From NCBI RefSeq assembly GCF_009914755.1, contig NC_060933.1: DNA of 64,000 nucleotides. One strand, written 5' to 3'. This document shows, one piece after another, positions 44,249-58,250 of the stretch. The notes under the pieces were generated by a model. It did not search any database. It saw only the letters and a list, made by a program, of their open reading frames with translations, and was not told the origin of the DNA. This DNA comes from the human T2T-CHM13v2.0 reference genome, Homo sapiens. The position numbers and the translations under genes were made by a program. The stretch's first letter is position 1, and the number at the start of each line of letters is the position of its first letter.

Positions 44249-46160
44249 TGCATGCACAAGAGATCAACTAGCAAAGAAAATCTTGCTTCAGGAAGCAATA
44301 AAGAGATCATTTGAAATATTGCAATTCAAAAAAAAATGTTGCTTATAAACTTAAACATAAAAGAGTCATTTCTTATATTGAAACCAGTTACTTCACTGGA
44401 TTCATTTAACACTCTGTCCTGGACCTAGACAAAAATACAATTTTGCTTTTAAATTATGCCATCCCAAAAATAACCATTCCATTTAAAGATATACATTTTT
44501 ACTCTGTGGCTGAAGTTTTCCAACCTGGACCAAGGGGAAAAAAAAAAAAAAAAACAAGACAGCTAGACAGGAAAAGAATACCAATCCAGATGATTTACCT
44601 AGGAGCCATATCCCTGAAAACAGTCACAGCATACCCCCTGGAAAGAAAGAGGTGAGAGCAAAATGGAGGCAGTGCCCAAGCTACAGATGCCCCTGAAATA
44701 TATAACCCTTCAGAGTAAACATCAGCCAAGACAACAGAAAACTGTTCAGATGTTGACCACAGCAACCTCATCTGCAATGGTTCCACCATGTAAAATCCAA
44801 AATTTGGAAATAAGGCAAAAAGACGATGAGGTGCTCTTCCAAGGTGACACAGAGTCTTGTCTATCAAAGTCACATAAGGGTCACCTGATGCTTTAGGGAG
44901 GCAAACTCGGCTTGACTTAATATTTGCTAATCTTAAAGGTCTAGACTGTAAAATTAGATGCTAACTTGTAAAAGATTGGTAAGTTGCAAATAATTTCTGT
45001 CCTATAGAGGAGGCAACTCAACATTTATGGTTTTATCACCTTATGTCCATTATATACCTCAGCTGTGTCTCAGCAAATTTTATCTCAGCATTGTTTAGTT
45101 TCTTTGACTATATAGACTTACCATAAACCAGCTTTGCCATCCTGCTAGTTCCCTCATTGATGAGTTAAATAAATTTTTGACTCGTGCTCATTCTATATTT
45201 GTATGAGAGTCATACTTTTAATTTATTGAAAATTACACCTTGAGATTTTCTTTATCGTTTAGTCCACCTATCTCCCTGTCTTGCTCTGAAGTCTGAGCTT
45301 TAAAATTAGTTCCAAAATATCACGAAGCCTAGGAAGGTTCCATTTGGCTCATATAGTTGTCATTAATCCATCATTACTGACCACAATCACAGTGCTTCTT
45401 CCTCCAACCAATACCAAGCAGATTCCACCATTCTGACCCAGCTGAGATTGAGCCTATAAACCAGGCACACAGACGTGGGTCTTCCATGGAAGTAGAACAA
45501 AATACAAAGAAAAGAGAGACGGGACACATGTGCACCTTCCTGATCCTAGTACTTGATTTCTCTTTTGCTCCAGGACATAAAGTTTGTATGAGACTTGTCA
45601 TATTAGAAGAACATGCGCGTCACTGGCAGTGACAGTGCAAAGCTAAGTGAGCGAAGCAGGGGGATCCTCAAGAGCACAAAAGAGAGTGCAGGATAAAAAG
45701 AGAGAAGGGGGCATGTGAGGGCACGTGCGGGAAACACACTCAGTTTTGCAGAATCAGCCTCCCCTCCCACACACCGGCTGTTCTGGTGCTATAAGCAGAC
45801 TCCCAGGGAGGCTGGAAGTGCCAGTAAAAGGCTAAAAATTTCTGCTAAATTACTATTAAGCATACCAAGAAAGGATCTAACTCAAGGAAATACCTTATTG
45901 GATTTTCCCCAAAAAAAGAAAAGAAAATGTATTTTCTGAAGCAAGCCACAAAAATATGGGGTAGTGAAGTGAATATAACATTACTCCAAAGAAACAGAAC
46001 CCAGAAATTCCAGCTTTTAAATTGCTGAAATAAACACTAACTATTTGGAGAAAATCATACTTGTGACTTACGGATGATGTCCTAAATAGGTCTCGACACG
46101 GTATTTAGGGAGAGTCACAAACTCTTTCTTTCTACCCACTCTACCTGTCTCAGAAGAGAG

Positions 46161-46460
46161 TTTTGTTTTGTTTTGTTTTGTTTTGTTTTGTTTTGTTTTG
46201 AGATGGAGTCTTACTCTCTCACCCAGGCTGGAGTGCAATGGCACAATCTTGGCTCACCACAAGCCATTTTCTTGCCTCAGCCTCCCGAGTAGCTGGGATT
46301 ACAGGTGCCTGTCACCATGCCCAGCTAATTTTTGTATTTTTAGTAGAGACAGGGTTTCACCATATTGGCCAGGCTGTTCTCGAACTCCTAACCTCAGGTG
46401 ATCCACCCGCCTCTGCCTCCCAAAGTGCTGAGATTACAGGCGTGAGCCACCGCATCCAGC
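46161..46460 (-). mobile_element. AluSx-like with a (CAAAA)8 tail and an internal deletion of about 20 bp
   Basis: (ttttg)8 at 46161-46200; ggctcaccac|aagccattttc junction. Confidence 0.94.
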
Positions 46461-48414
46461 AAAGAGAATATTTTCTCCACACAGATGTACGATCAGATCT
46501 GACCCAGGGCAGAGCCCCTAAATTAGGCCAAACAACCTCGCTGGGTGCAATAGGTAGAAATAGTCTTCCCTGCTGTGTGTGTTCTGTGCGTCCTACAGCT
46601 GAGAGGGCCATGAGAAGTTGTTCCCACCTCTGTGCTGCACCTCAGCATAGCCTTCCTCCCACAAAACAAATGGCTGCCGTAGGTCTCTCTCCAGAGAAAG
46701 AAAACCCTTCTGGAGGAAGGAAGGAGAGGCCTGAAAACCCTCACCTCTTTTGCAGGAGCTGCACCTCCATACCCATGTGAAGTTCCTTTAAAAAGGCATC
46801 TGTGAGGGGACACTGCTCACCTGGACATGCCTATTCTGAGTCCCAGAGTCTTGACACTCATCACCAAATGGGGGCCACACCCAGCCCAGGAAACTACATA
46901 TAATAATTTATCTTTCGCTTAACACTTGATGAACATAGTTAAATATTGTTTGGGCCATGAAAGCCATAAAACATTTAATGTCCATAAATGGATAGGGTCC
47001 ATACAGGCTCCAGAGAGAGTTAGGACATTGGTTTCTAATTCTTCATCCTTGAGGACATGGTAACAACCCATGACCAATGGCCAAGGGAAGCTCCCTATAA
47101 TGACTGAGTCTGGAGCCTTTTCTCTCAGTTACCACATGGAACATTTCTTCTTCACAACTGGTTTGCTCTGAGGAGCCTACTGATGGCTTGCAATGGGCCA
47201 GGGAAAGCATTCAGTCTTCACTGGTTACAGCCAACTGGATGGTTACAGAACTCCAAAGCACCTATCCTCCTAATGTGACCCTTCTATGTCCGCCATCTTT
47301 CTTGTAGTTGGCTTCTTTATGCAGCAGCAGCACATTGCTGAGTGGAGAGGAAAGACAAAACCCCATTTTAGCAGAAATTCTCACTTTCTATTTGGCAGGC
47401 AGTTGAAAATGGGTTCTCTGTTTGCAGAAACATCCTGAACACATCATTAGATACATATTATGATTATTTTATTAGTAGATACAGACAAGATCACAAAGAG
47501 CTATGTGCCTTGCCCAAAGTGTTTAAACTTTCCCTGTGGGCAATGACAAGCCATCAGAAGATATTTAGCCAGTGAGTGACAGTAAGTTAGCAGTAAGCAG
47601 TAAGTAAACAAAGATAATGCTAGCAGTTATAAAATAAAATAAGGAGAAACTGGTAGAAAGACTAGATATAATACTAATCTATATTAAATATATTTCATTA
47701 TATTCAGGAATTTTTCAAGCAGGGAACTGCTTTCCAAGATCCATCTCAAGGTCTCAAAACACACACTTCCAGCTTGGTGGCACTACCTCCCTGACAATAG
47801 CCATTACAAAAACCAGAAGAAGTCTTGGGCATCAGTAAGTTTGTTGGTGCAGACTGCTGCCCAAGAGGATTCTCTGGTTTCCACCAGCAGAGGAAACCAG
47901 ACCCAATTTCTTTGTAGCCAGTGGTCCTATGCCTGGGTCATTTCTAAGGTCAGAAGAGCACTTCACCTATACTCTAATTCTGAAATCCAAGTCATGTTCA
48001 AGGCACTTATTGGACCAAACTGTCATTTAGATTAATAGAACACAAAGCTCCCCTTGTAAATACAAATGTAATCAATACATCAGTGATCAGTGTAATAGTC
48101 ATGTGGTAGTCCCTATAATCCAATGTCCAAAGAGAGTAATGGTCCAGTTTCTGACTGGTCCAGTGGATCCCTAATTCTTCTTCCGTCACTTCTGGGCTCT
48201 GGACTGTCCATATCATATCCCTAAAGACATGACTCAATAGATCAGCTCCCAGCTGGACCACTCCCACAGGGCCATCAGCAATTGTCACCCCCAGCCTCCA
48301 GGGCAATATACAACACTGCATAAAAAATGATCACAGGACGAGGGGCGACATTACTATCCAATTCTTCATTTGTTCAGTTGGGGAAGAAAGGGAACACCTA
48401 CGCTATCAAAGGCA

Positions 48415-48620
48415 GTGTAACAGAGAGGGAAGCACACTCATTTAGTTAGCAGACAGACTGGATTCCAATCTGAGCCTTGTGTTTCCATGGGCAATTTGCC
48501 TGACCTCTCTGAATCCGTTTTCTTATCTATCAGATAGGAATAGGGGCCTGTGCCTTGCATAATTGAGGTAAAGATTACAGATGGTATATGTGAGGCATGT
48601 AACGCAGAGTCTGACGCCAG
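48415..48620 (+). mobile_element. MIR
   Basis: gacagactggattccaatc...gggcaatttgcctgacctctctgaatccgttttcttatct. Confidence 0.65.
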
Positions 48621-48624
48621 GAGG

Positions 48625-48982
48625 TGTGGGGGCCATTAGGGCTGCATTCTGGTTCTCCTCTCCTTCAGGCACAGGACGGAATTGTGCTTTCCAGCTCCAT
48701 TTGCAGTAGGTCTTGGCCATGAGACTTGTTTCGGCCAATGAAGCTTAAAGAGCCAGTGAGAGACTCACCACACACCCTTCCCTCTACTGTGGTGGTCATG
48801 GTAGCATGCAAGATAAAGCCTCCATCATTCAGGGTCACTGTGTGACCACAATCAGAAGAATGCCCCAACAGACCCTCATGGAACATTACAGCCCGAACAA
48901 GAAAATCAATGTTCTATGCGGCTACTGAGCTGTGAGGGGTTCTGGTCACTGCAGCATCACCTATCCCCTGCTGACCGAGAGA
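48625..48982 (+). mobile_element. MLT1I/J-like MaLR solo LTR
   Basis: ggccatgagacttgtttcggccaatgaa...gagccagtg...gctactgagctgtgagggg...actgcagcatcacct. Confidence 0.7.
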
Positions 48983-49928
48983 CTAAGTACCCAGTGAAGT
49001 CTAGATAATGTGAATTTTGTTTTTGTTATTTCAAAATATCACCTTTGAAAAGAACGTGGGAATGCCTGAGAAGTCAGATTCCGACTGAACGGATCCCAAG
49101 GTTGATCCCAAGGCAATTCACCAGTCGAGGATCCTGACACATTAGTTATTTAGACTTAAAAGGAGAAAAAATAAATAATCTCAGCTCCTGGATCTAAACG
49201 ATGCCTCCATGAATTAAGGATTTAAAAAGTCACATTGAGCCAAGTAGATAAATACACAAAAGAGTCTCTACAGATTAAAAGCTCGAGGGCACTGGACCCC
49301 AGCCAGAATGATCATAATCCAAGAATCCAGGTCAACAGTCCTGGAAAATTACTCTTAAGTATTTCCAGCATTTAAAACTCCTCAATGGACTAGAAAACAT
49401 CTGTTTCCTAATCTAGTGGAAAAAAGCCTCATTGCTAAATAGTAGGCAGCACCCCCAAGCATGAAATTCATTGCCATTTTCCTGGGCAAAAACAAACACA
49501 CACATTAACCCTCCCTTGGTTGTTATCTGCGGACGCCACCAGCTTTAGATGCCATGACAGAAAGGGAGGTATGTTTTCTTCCTGGCTTTACATACAAACA
49601 GAGAACAGAATCCTTTGCTTTCCTTGAAACTGCCAAAAAAAAGGCCAGTATGAACTCCAAAGCACCAGCATCCATTTCTTTACAGACATTTTAGGCAGAA
49701 AATGAAATATGTCGGACTACTGAATAAATATAATCTGTTTCCTTTGGCATTGACCTAGTACAGCATAAAGAACGTGCGCACTAAAGCCCGACACATCTTT
49801 CAAATTGATAGAATTCAAATCCTGTCTTTACCACTTATTAGCCGAGTGATCTTAGATGCGTCACCCTCTCTGAGACTCAGTTTGCTCAGATTTGGAATAA
49901 CACTGACAATAACAGCTACCATTGGTGA

Positions 49929-50321
<393 letters not shown>

Positions 50322-50915
50322 TAAGGTTCTAAACTAATAGGGAGGAAAGCCAACGTATAAAATTGGATCTGTCTGACTCCTGAGCCTGAGCACTGAATCC
50401 TCAGTGGAGGGGGGGTACATTCCCCCTCCACGACCACCCCACCCCCAACCCCAGACCACCTCTCGGGGTAATAGTAATCACAGCGTGCAGGGTGAAACAG
50501 CAGCACAGTCCCTCACACAGAGTCCACATACATCCTGTGTGAGTTACCTCCCTTTCATCTCCCCTCTCCTCCCCATCTCATTCTGTTCCTTTCACATTTC
50601 CACATTTTTCCAAATGCTTTGATATTCCTTCTAAACCAAAAGCCTTCAGTAGTCATAAAAAGACTTCTGCAACATGTCTTATGTTCATACTAATCTATAC
50701 TTATGTCTTATGTTCATACTAAACTTTTCATTAATCTATGGAGATATGAATGTCAACATAAAAATACATATGGCCTTAGATGTGTATGTATAGATATAAA
50801 TATAGAAATAGTGGAAGGAAATGTTAGCAATGAATATCACTGTATGGGGAATCATAAATGATTCTTATTATCTTTCACTTTTTTTGTATTGCATCTGGTG
50901 AGAGTATGTTTCTTT

Positions 50916-51623
50916 TTTTATTATACTTTAAGTTCTATACATGTGCACAATGTGCAGGTTTGTTACATATGCATACATGTGCCATGTTGGTTTGCAGCAC
51001 CCATTAACTTGTCATTTACATTAGGTATTTCTCCTAATGCTATCCCTCCCCTACGCCCCCACTCCACAACAGGCCCCAGTATGTGATGTACCCCGCCCTG
51101 TATCGAAGTGTTCTCATTGTTCAATTCCCACCTATGAGTGAGAACATGCGGTGTTTGGTTTTCCATCCTTGCGATAGTTTGCTCAGAATGATGGTTTCCA
51201 GCTTCACCCATGTCGCTACAAAGGACATGAACTCATCCTTTTTTATGGCTGCATAGCATTCCATGGTGCATATGTGCCATATTTTCTTAATCCAGTCTGT
51301 CATTGATGGACATTTGGGTTGGTTCCAAGTCTTTGCTATTGTGAATAGTGCCGCAATAAACATACATGTGCATGTGTCTTTATAGTAGCATGATTTATAA
51401 TCCTTTGGGTATATACCCAGTAATGGGATCGCTGGGTCAGATGGTATTTCTAGTTCCAGATCCTCGAGGAATCGCCACACTGTCCCCCACAATCGTTGAA
51501 GTAGTCTACACTCCCACCAACAGTGTAAAAGCGCTCCTATTTCTCCACATCCTCTCCAGCACCTGTTGTTTCCTGACTTTTTAATGATCGCCATTCCAAC
51601 TGGTGTGAGATGGCATCTCATTG
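50916..51623 (-). mobile_element. L1PA (about PA5-7) 5'-truncated copy: ORF2 C-terminus plus 3'UTR, enriched in A>G changes
   Basis: ORF 51121-51648 matches the ORF2 CCHC region ([18 protein letters not shown]); TSD tggtgagagtatgtttcttt (50896-50915/51624-51643, including 4-nt microhomology). Confidence 0.96.
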
Positions 51624-52856
51624 TGGTGAGAGTATGTTTCTTTGGCAAGCAGGAAACACTAGATATTTTTCAAAATCATGGAAGGAGACCACTGTGCTCT
51701 TTTTAATTTTTTTCAATATTTGCATGTATTGCTTCCAGAATAAACAAGGGTCATTCAGTCACTACAATTATATTTCTTTTATTTTTGCTTCCTTTTTAAC
51801 ATGTTCAAATGCTACAATTAATGCACAGAAAAAACATCTACTTCACACTTAGTGCTGGTGATGTTCCTTCAACATTGTGAACAGGCAACTGTAGCCACAG
51901 TGGGCCTGTGATGACAAGCATGACTCCAGCACAAGACAGGGAGACCCAGAAGCAGGGCCATTAGACCTGTTCACATGGGAGATGCGGGCTAGACCTGGGC
52001 TCAGAGCCAGGCCCAGCCAAGCTCCTCCTGACCAGCCAATGACCTCCCTGACCCCGCCCTTTCCCAAAGTGGCCATTTTTACACATAAAACCAAGCTTAG
52101 GTCTGGCTTGGTTCCCACATCCCTAGTAATGGCTGGTGATTATCTCAGACAGTCGGGGCTGCCCAGATTGCCTTGGAAAATTCATGCCAGGAATAAGCTA
52201 AGTCTCCTCCTCTTCAAATCTTTCCAGGCAAAATAGAAAGCATGTGTGCTATCTTCGGAGTTTCCTTCAAATTTCATGTTTCCTTTGGCTCTGCAGAAGT
52301 GAAGTTAGTTCTCCCTGTCCCAAAACAGGACGAAAATGGCCACAGAATGCTGTGTACTTGAATCACATTGACCCAAAGTGATCACCTACCAGGCTACCAC
52401 TAACATCAGGTTCTAGAGGTCCTATGCCCTCAGCTTTAAGCAAGAACCTGAAAAGCAACAACAGGCTAAAAATTTGCTTCTGCCTTTGCTGTAAGATGCT
52501 CTTGAGGGTGCTGTTGTTTCCATCACCTATTTTCTTGTGCAGCCCCAAGTTGGAGTTAAGACTGAGAAATCCTTGTCTTCCACGGGAACTGATGGATTTT
52601 CTCTCTCATGGATAAATTACATTTCCCTTTTCAAGTTGCTTCCAGGAAGTTCAAAGCCAAATGCATGATCCTGCAACAACTATGCCAAGTCATACAGCCT
52701 CAATACCTGTGGTTGGCTCTTTCCCGTAGTCTCAACATTTCATTTACTTTATATTTACCCTTATTCTTACTTTATACTATTTCTTAAGACTTTACTCGGC
52801 ACCACCTATTAGCCAACTCAAATCCTGTGTAAAATCTATTAGATATAAATTAATAA

Positions 52857-53104
52857 GGCTGAGCACAGTGGCTCACGCCTGTAATCCCAATGCTTTGGGA
52901 GGCCAAAGAGGTCAGATCACTTGAAGTCAGGAGTTCAAGACTAGCCTAGCCAACATGGTGAAACCCCGTCTCTACTAAAAATACAAAAATTAGCTGGCTG
53001 TGGTGGCAGGTGCTTGAACCCAGGAGGCGGAGGTTGCAGTGAGCCGAGATCACACCACTGCACTCCAGCCTGGGTGACAGAGCTAGACCCTATCTCAAAA
53101 ATAA

Positions 53105-53105
<1 letters not shown>
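52857..53105 (+). mobile_element. AluS with a deletion of about 40 bp in the right arm
   Basis: Junction ggtggcaggtgc|ttgaaccc. Confidence 0.93.
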
Positions 53106-53149
<44 letters not shown>

Positions 53150-53164
53150 CAGATAGATAAGATA
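53106..53164. repeat. (TAGA)11 CAGA TAGA tetranucleotide STR grown from the Alu tail
   Basis: Direct reading. Confidence 0.97.
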
Positions 53165-53699
53165 CTGCTGGCTGACAGCAGCCATACCAGAGGCATGCCA
53201 TCCAGAAGATATGCTCCAAAGGGCACCGGAAGGGGCCTCTCTTTTTCCCACCACACTCTAGTCTCAGCTGCATGACAGCTCACATTTTAAATTCATTCAT
53301 CTAGCAAAACTGGCTTTCTCCTATTCTTAGGAGTAAAGCAAATATACTTAGGAAGGATGCCTCTTTATTTATCCTTGCAAATAAGTTTATTATGATCTTG
53401 TTTAATCATACATAGCTAAGCACAGGTGTGGATTTAGGAAAATAGACACTAAGAGAAAGGACAATTGAGTTTGATGAAAGATTTAAGGAATGTTTGAGGA
53501 TTAGGAATGTTTGCACTTTGAGGAATTGCTTTTCTGAGACAAGCAAGCTTGTAAGTGAAAAGGCTACTTGATATAAGAAAAGGGGTGAGAACAGAATTCA
53601 CTCTACCTACTTCACAATTTGGAATAAACACCCAAACCAAAGCCTAAGAGTCTGTGGTGAGGGTTTGCTGTGTATAGTAGCCAGCACTTCACAGCATTT

Positions 53700-53870
53700 C
53701 AGAGTTCACAAGGAGCTCTCTTCAGATATTATCTCATTTAATCTTCAGAATGACCCTGTATGTTTCTGTTATTCTCCTTACTCCATAAATATGAGAACTG
53801 TGGCTCAGAGAGGTTAGTCACTTGTCCCAAGAGTACACAACTATTCAGTGGCAGAGGGAAGACAAAAACA
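53700..53870 (-). mobile_element. MIR
   Basis: attatctcatttaatcttca...gagaactgtggctcagagaggttagtcacttgtcccaag. Confidence 0.75.
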
Positions 53871-54131
53871 CAGATCCCTTCCATTAGAACATGGTCACTA
53901 GGGCCAATCTGAGCCGTATCCATATCGTGTGTATGCAGCACAACAGCAAGAAAGAACAGCCGGGCAGCCCCCGGCCTCGAGCTTGCCGGGAGATGAAGTG
54001 TGTGAGATCTGATTCCAGCAGCCCTTCTGCCAGAGCCCAGCGGCCTTCATACCACACAGTCTGCCTTTGGGTAACCCTAACAGGTCTCCAAACAAAACTA
54101 TAACTGACACTCGAAAATGAAAACCTCTGTT

Positions 54132-54628
<497 letters not shown>

Positions 54629-54638
54629 TTATTTATAA

Positions 54639-55435
<797 letters not shown>

Positions 55436-55524
55436 TTACCATCGGCAATGGAGGAGACCAGAGAGGGCACAGAGGCCAGAAAATCCAGCAATAGATTTTC
55501 CAGCACAGGGTAGGAGCTCCTGAA

Positions 55525-55742
55525 CTAAAAGACAGAAGTCAGGATGTCAAATCCTAACACCACCATGTTCTGGCCGAGTCACCTCAAATAAAATATTTGT
55601 CCTCATTGTGCCCAAGTTTCTTAATTTAAAAAATAAGAGTAAGAGACCCAGTTCACAGGATTGCTGTGAGAATTAAATGAGATATTATTTATTAAAATGC
55701 CAATGCATTATCTGGCACATAACAGGTGCTCCATAAATGTGT
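55525..55742 (+). mobile_element. MIR
   Basis: cacaggattgctgtgagaattaaatgagat...tctggcacataacaggtgctccataaatgt. Confidence 0.75.
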
Positions 55743-57944
55743 CTTTTTCTCTTAAGACTCTACTGGAAGTCACAAGTGCTCCATGCCCCAAACTAAATAA
55801 AATGCCAGATGTAGATCTGTTTTGCTTCTCTTCTTTTCTTTGTTAGTTTGAGTACCTAAAGTTGGTGCTTCAGTGTATGAGAGTCCAATTTCAACATTAC
55901 TTCCCCTGCTGCATCCTTCATGCCTTTCTAATCTTCCTATAGGCATTCTTAAATACACTTCTCTAAGAAACAGTGTATTACCTACTTCAAAATATTATAA
56001 TATTTGATGAGGGGCATACCCACCTCTGCCACAGTCCCCACCGCTCCCTATTGTCTCACTCCTGGCCCTATCTAAATAGAGGTGAAGAGCAACAGCACAT
56101 ATGGCCCATCCCAACCCTATCATGGCATCATACAGCTATGATTCCATGAGGACTACCCCACTGCTGAGGTTGAATATAGTTCCGTGGCAGCAGAGCCTAA
56201 CCCAGCAGAGCAGCGGTAAGGCCTCAGGTGGCACCGGGCAAGTGGTAGCCTTGGCAAGGTAGGGAGGGAAAATAGAGGTGCATTTGCAGTCTTCCAGGGG
56301 TGGCCAATACAGGTAGCAAGTCAGCACCAGCTCGGTTTCCAAAGCTCCACTGTATCTCAGAAGAGAAACAATTACTCAGGAAAATCAAGGCCTCTGAGCC
56401 ACTCTCCATTCCCCTCCCTAAGACCACAGAGCGGGAAAAAAAAATGCTTGAAAGCAGATCTGATTTTCAAGCTTCCACTCTGCTTTCGCTAAGATGATTT
56501 AAGCTAGCCAAACCTTCAAAGCCTCTAGCCTCCACAAATTTCACGTTACCTTGGCAGCAGTGGGGAGAGCAGTGACCAACAGTTACCTCTTCGAATGCTT
56601 TTCAGCTTTATTGTTACGGTTGGAAGAAGTCAAGTCAGAGCATACCTAGACAGCAACCTCATTGCAAATTCCCAGGCCTCCTTCAGCCTGTGGCCTTGCT
56701 CAGCTCTCTGTGATGTAGCAAAATGGGCCTTGGGGGTCTTATCTGTAAGAAACATGCTGTGTTTGAGAGTGGACAGCTTGCTGAGCCATTGCAGAGGGCA
56801 AGGAGATCAGGAAGCAAAACAGCATTCACGGAGGGGATGTCCTAGGGGTCTCACTGGAGGCTATCAGGGGCCAGGGATGATATTCAAAATATTTAACAAC
56901 AAAGGAAGGCAAGAGAGGACCACCAAATCAAAATGATTGCCCCACCAGTCTGGACTCCGGTATGTCGCACCAACAGCCCATGGAGAAAGTAATGTTATTA
57001 TCCACATTTTACAATTTTGAAAACCTAACACAGAACTCACGAACAGCTCTACGAGCTTCCATCTGGTCTGCTGAGAGGCCTGCCCACTGCCTCCGGGAAG
57101 ACAGAATGAGGCCAGTGAACAGCTGTAAAATATCTTTTAGAAGAAGGACATCTGGTCTGGTCCTGGGATCACATAAGCTTCCTGGTTGAACTCTGAGGTC
57201 ATGGGGTTTATTGTATTTACATGAAGAGCCATATTTTCACCAGAATCATAATGCCATCAAATTGGAGGACAGGACTTCAGAAATCACAGTGAGGTTTCTG
57301 CAGGCTAGTGACAGAGCTGGGTCCAGAACCCAGGCCTCTGGCTCCCACTCTGAGAACCTTCAGGCCACAGATGCAACCCTACTCAGGCCCTTCTGATGTC
57401 TGTGGCATTGCACAGTTTGCCAAGCTCAGCTTTGCCAGAGGTGAAAACAGATGCAGAGGTATCTCAGCTCTAGACTCATGTTTGTTGATTGGACATTATA
57501 ACCAAGTGATGGACTTGATCTCAGAAGCTCCTATGAAGATTCAGGAATTGAAAGTTGGACTGAGGGTAAGGAAGGGCAGTATGTTAAGATTGGAAACTCA
57601 TGTATTTTCAAAATGATCAAATTGAGGCACTGTACCCTGTAATGTATGGAAATACTCTCATGTTGATCCAGCTGTTCGATTAAGAGAGTGCACTTGAAGC
57701 ACTTAACTGGGTGCATTTCATGCCTCAATAACTTTTTTTTTAAAAAGGCAAAGCCATAATCTGTTTATTCTTCACATTGAATGCCCCTCTAAAAAGCCTA
57801 AGCTGAAATTTAAAGATATTTACAGAAGCACCCATAAAGAAAAATAACCAAGCCTGCTGCCACCCAACTGACAGTTTTTTAAAGCTTAAGCAAGAAAATT
57901 AGACGGCAAAGCCTGGAATGCCTGCCCCACCTCCAGGAGCACAG

Positions 57945-58006
57945 GCATGTGTGTGTGTGCACCCGTGCGCGCACACACACACACACAGACACACACACAC
58001 ACATGC
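57945..58006. repeat. Self-complementary (TG)n/(CA)n microsatellite
   Basis: gcatgtgtgtgtgtg...cacacacacacatgc. Confidence 0.9.
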
Positions 58007-58110
58007 AGTTCCAGCTTCTCAGACACAGCCGCATGCACACAAGCCTCTTTCCTGGATATATTGTGACAGCCACTAAGTTAATGAGATCCCAACTGTCACC
58101 CTCAGTTTTT

Positions 58111-58250
58111 TTTTTTTTTTTTTTTTTTTTAATTATACTCTAAGTTTTAGGGTACATGTGCACATTGTGCAGGTTAGTTACATATGTATACATGTGCCAT
58201 GCTGGTGCGCTGCACCCACTAATGTGTCATCTAGCATTAGGTATATCTCC
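58111..58250 (-). mobile_element. L1HS-Ta 3' end (about 120 nt plus poly(A)), human-specific
   Basis: Minus strand reads gatgacACAttagtgggtgcagcgcaccagc (Ta ACA diagnostic, plus 58223-58225) and aaaacttaGagtataat (Ta G diagnostic, plus 58140); perfect 14-bp TSD caccctcagttttt (58097-58110/58251-58264). Confidence 0.96.

Noticed and set aside
46238-46780. Longest ORF (180 aa) and similar ORFs at 13131, 20338, 28633, 29645, 33436, 50037, 54654 and 60223
   Set aside because: These translate Alu sequence ([25 protein letters not shown]); they are standard Alu-derived artefacts.
47873-47901. 10-bp perfect hairpin (also 50404-50431 and 35294-35325)
   Set aside because: Too short for a pre-miRNA, and a few such stems are expected by chance.
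51121-51648. 175-aa ORF as a functional gene
   Set aside because: It is the ORF2 C-terminus of a 5'-truncated L1, and the start lies in the TSD/flank. It is interesting only for its mutation spectrum.
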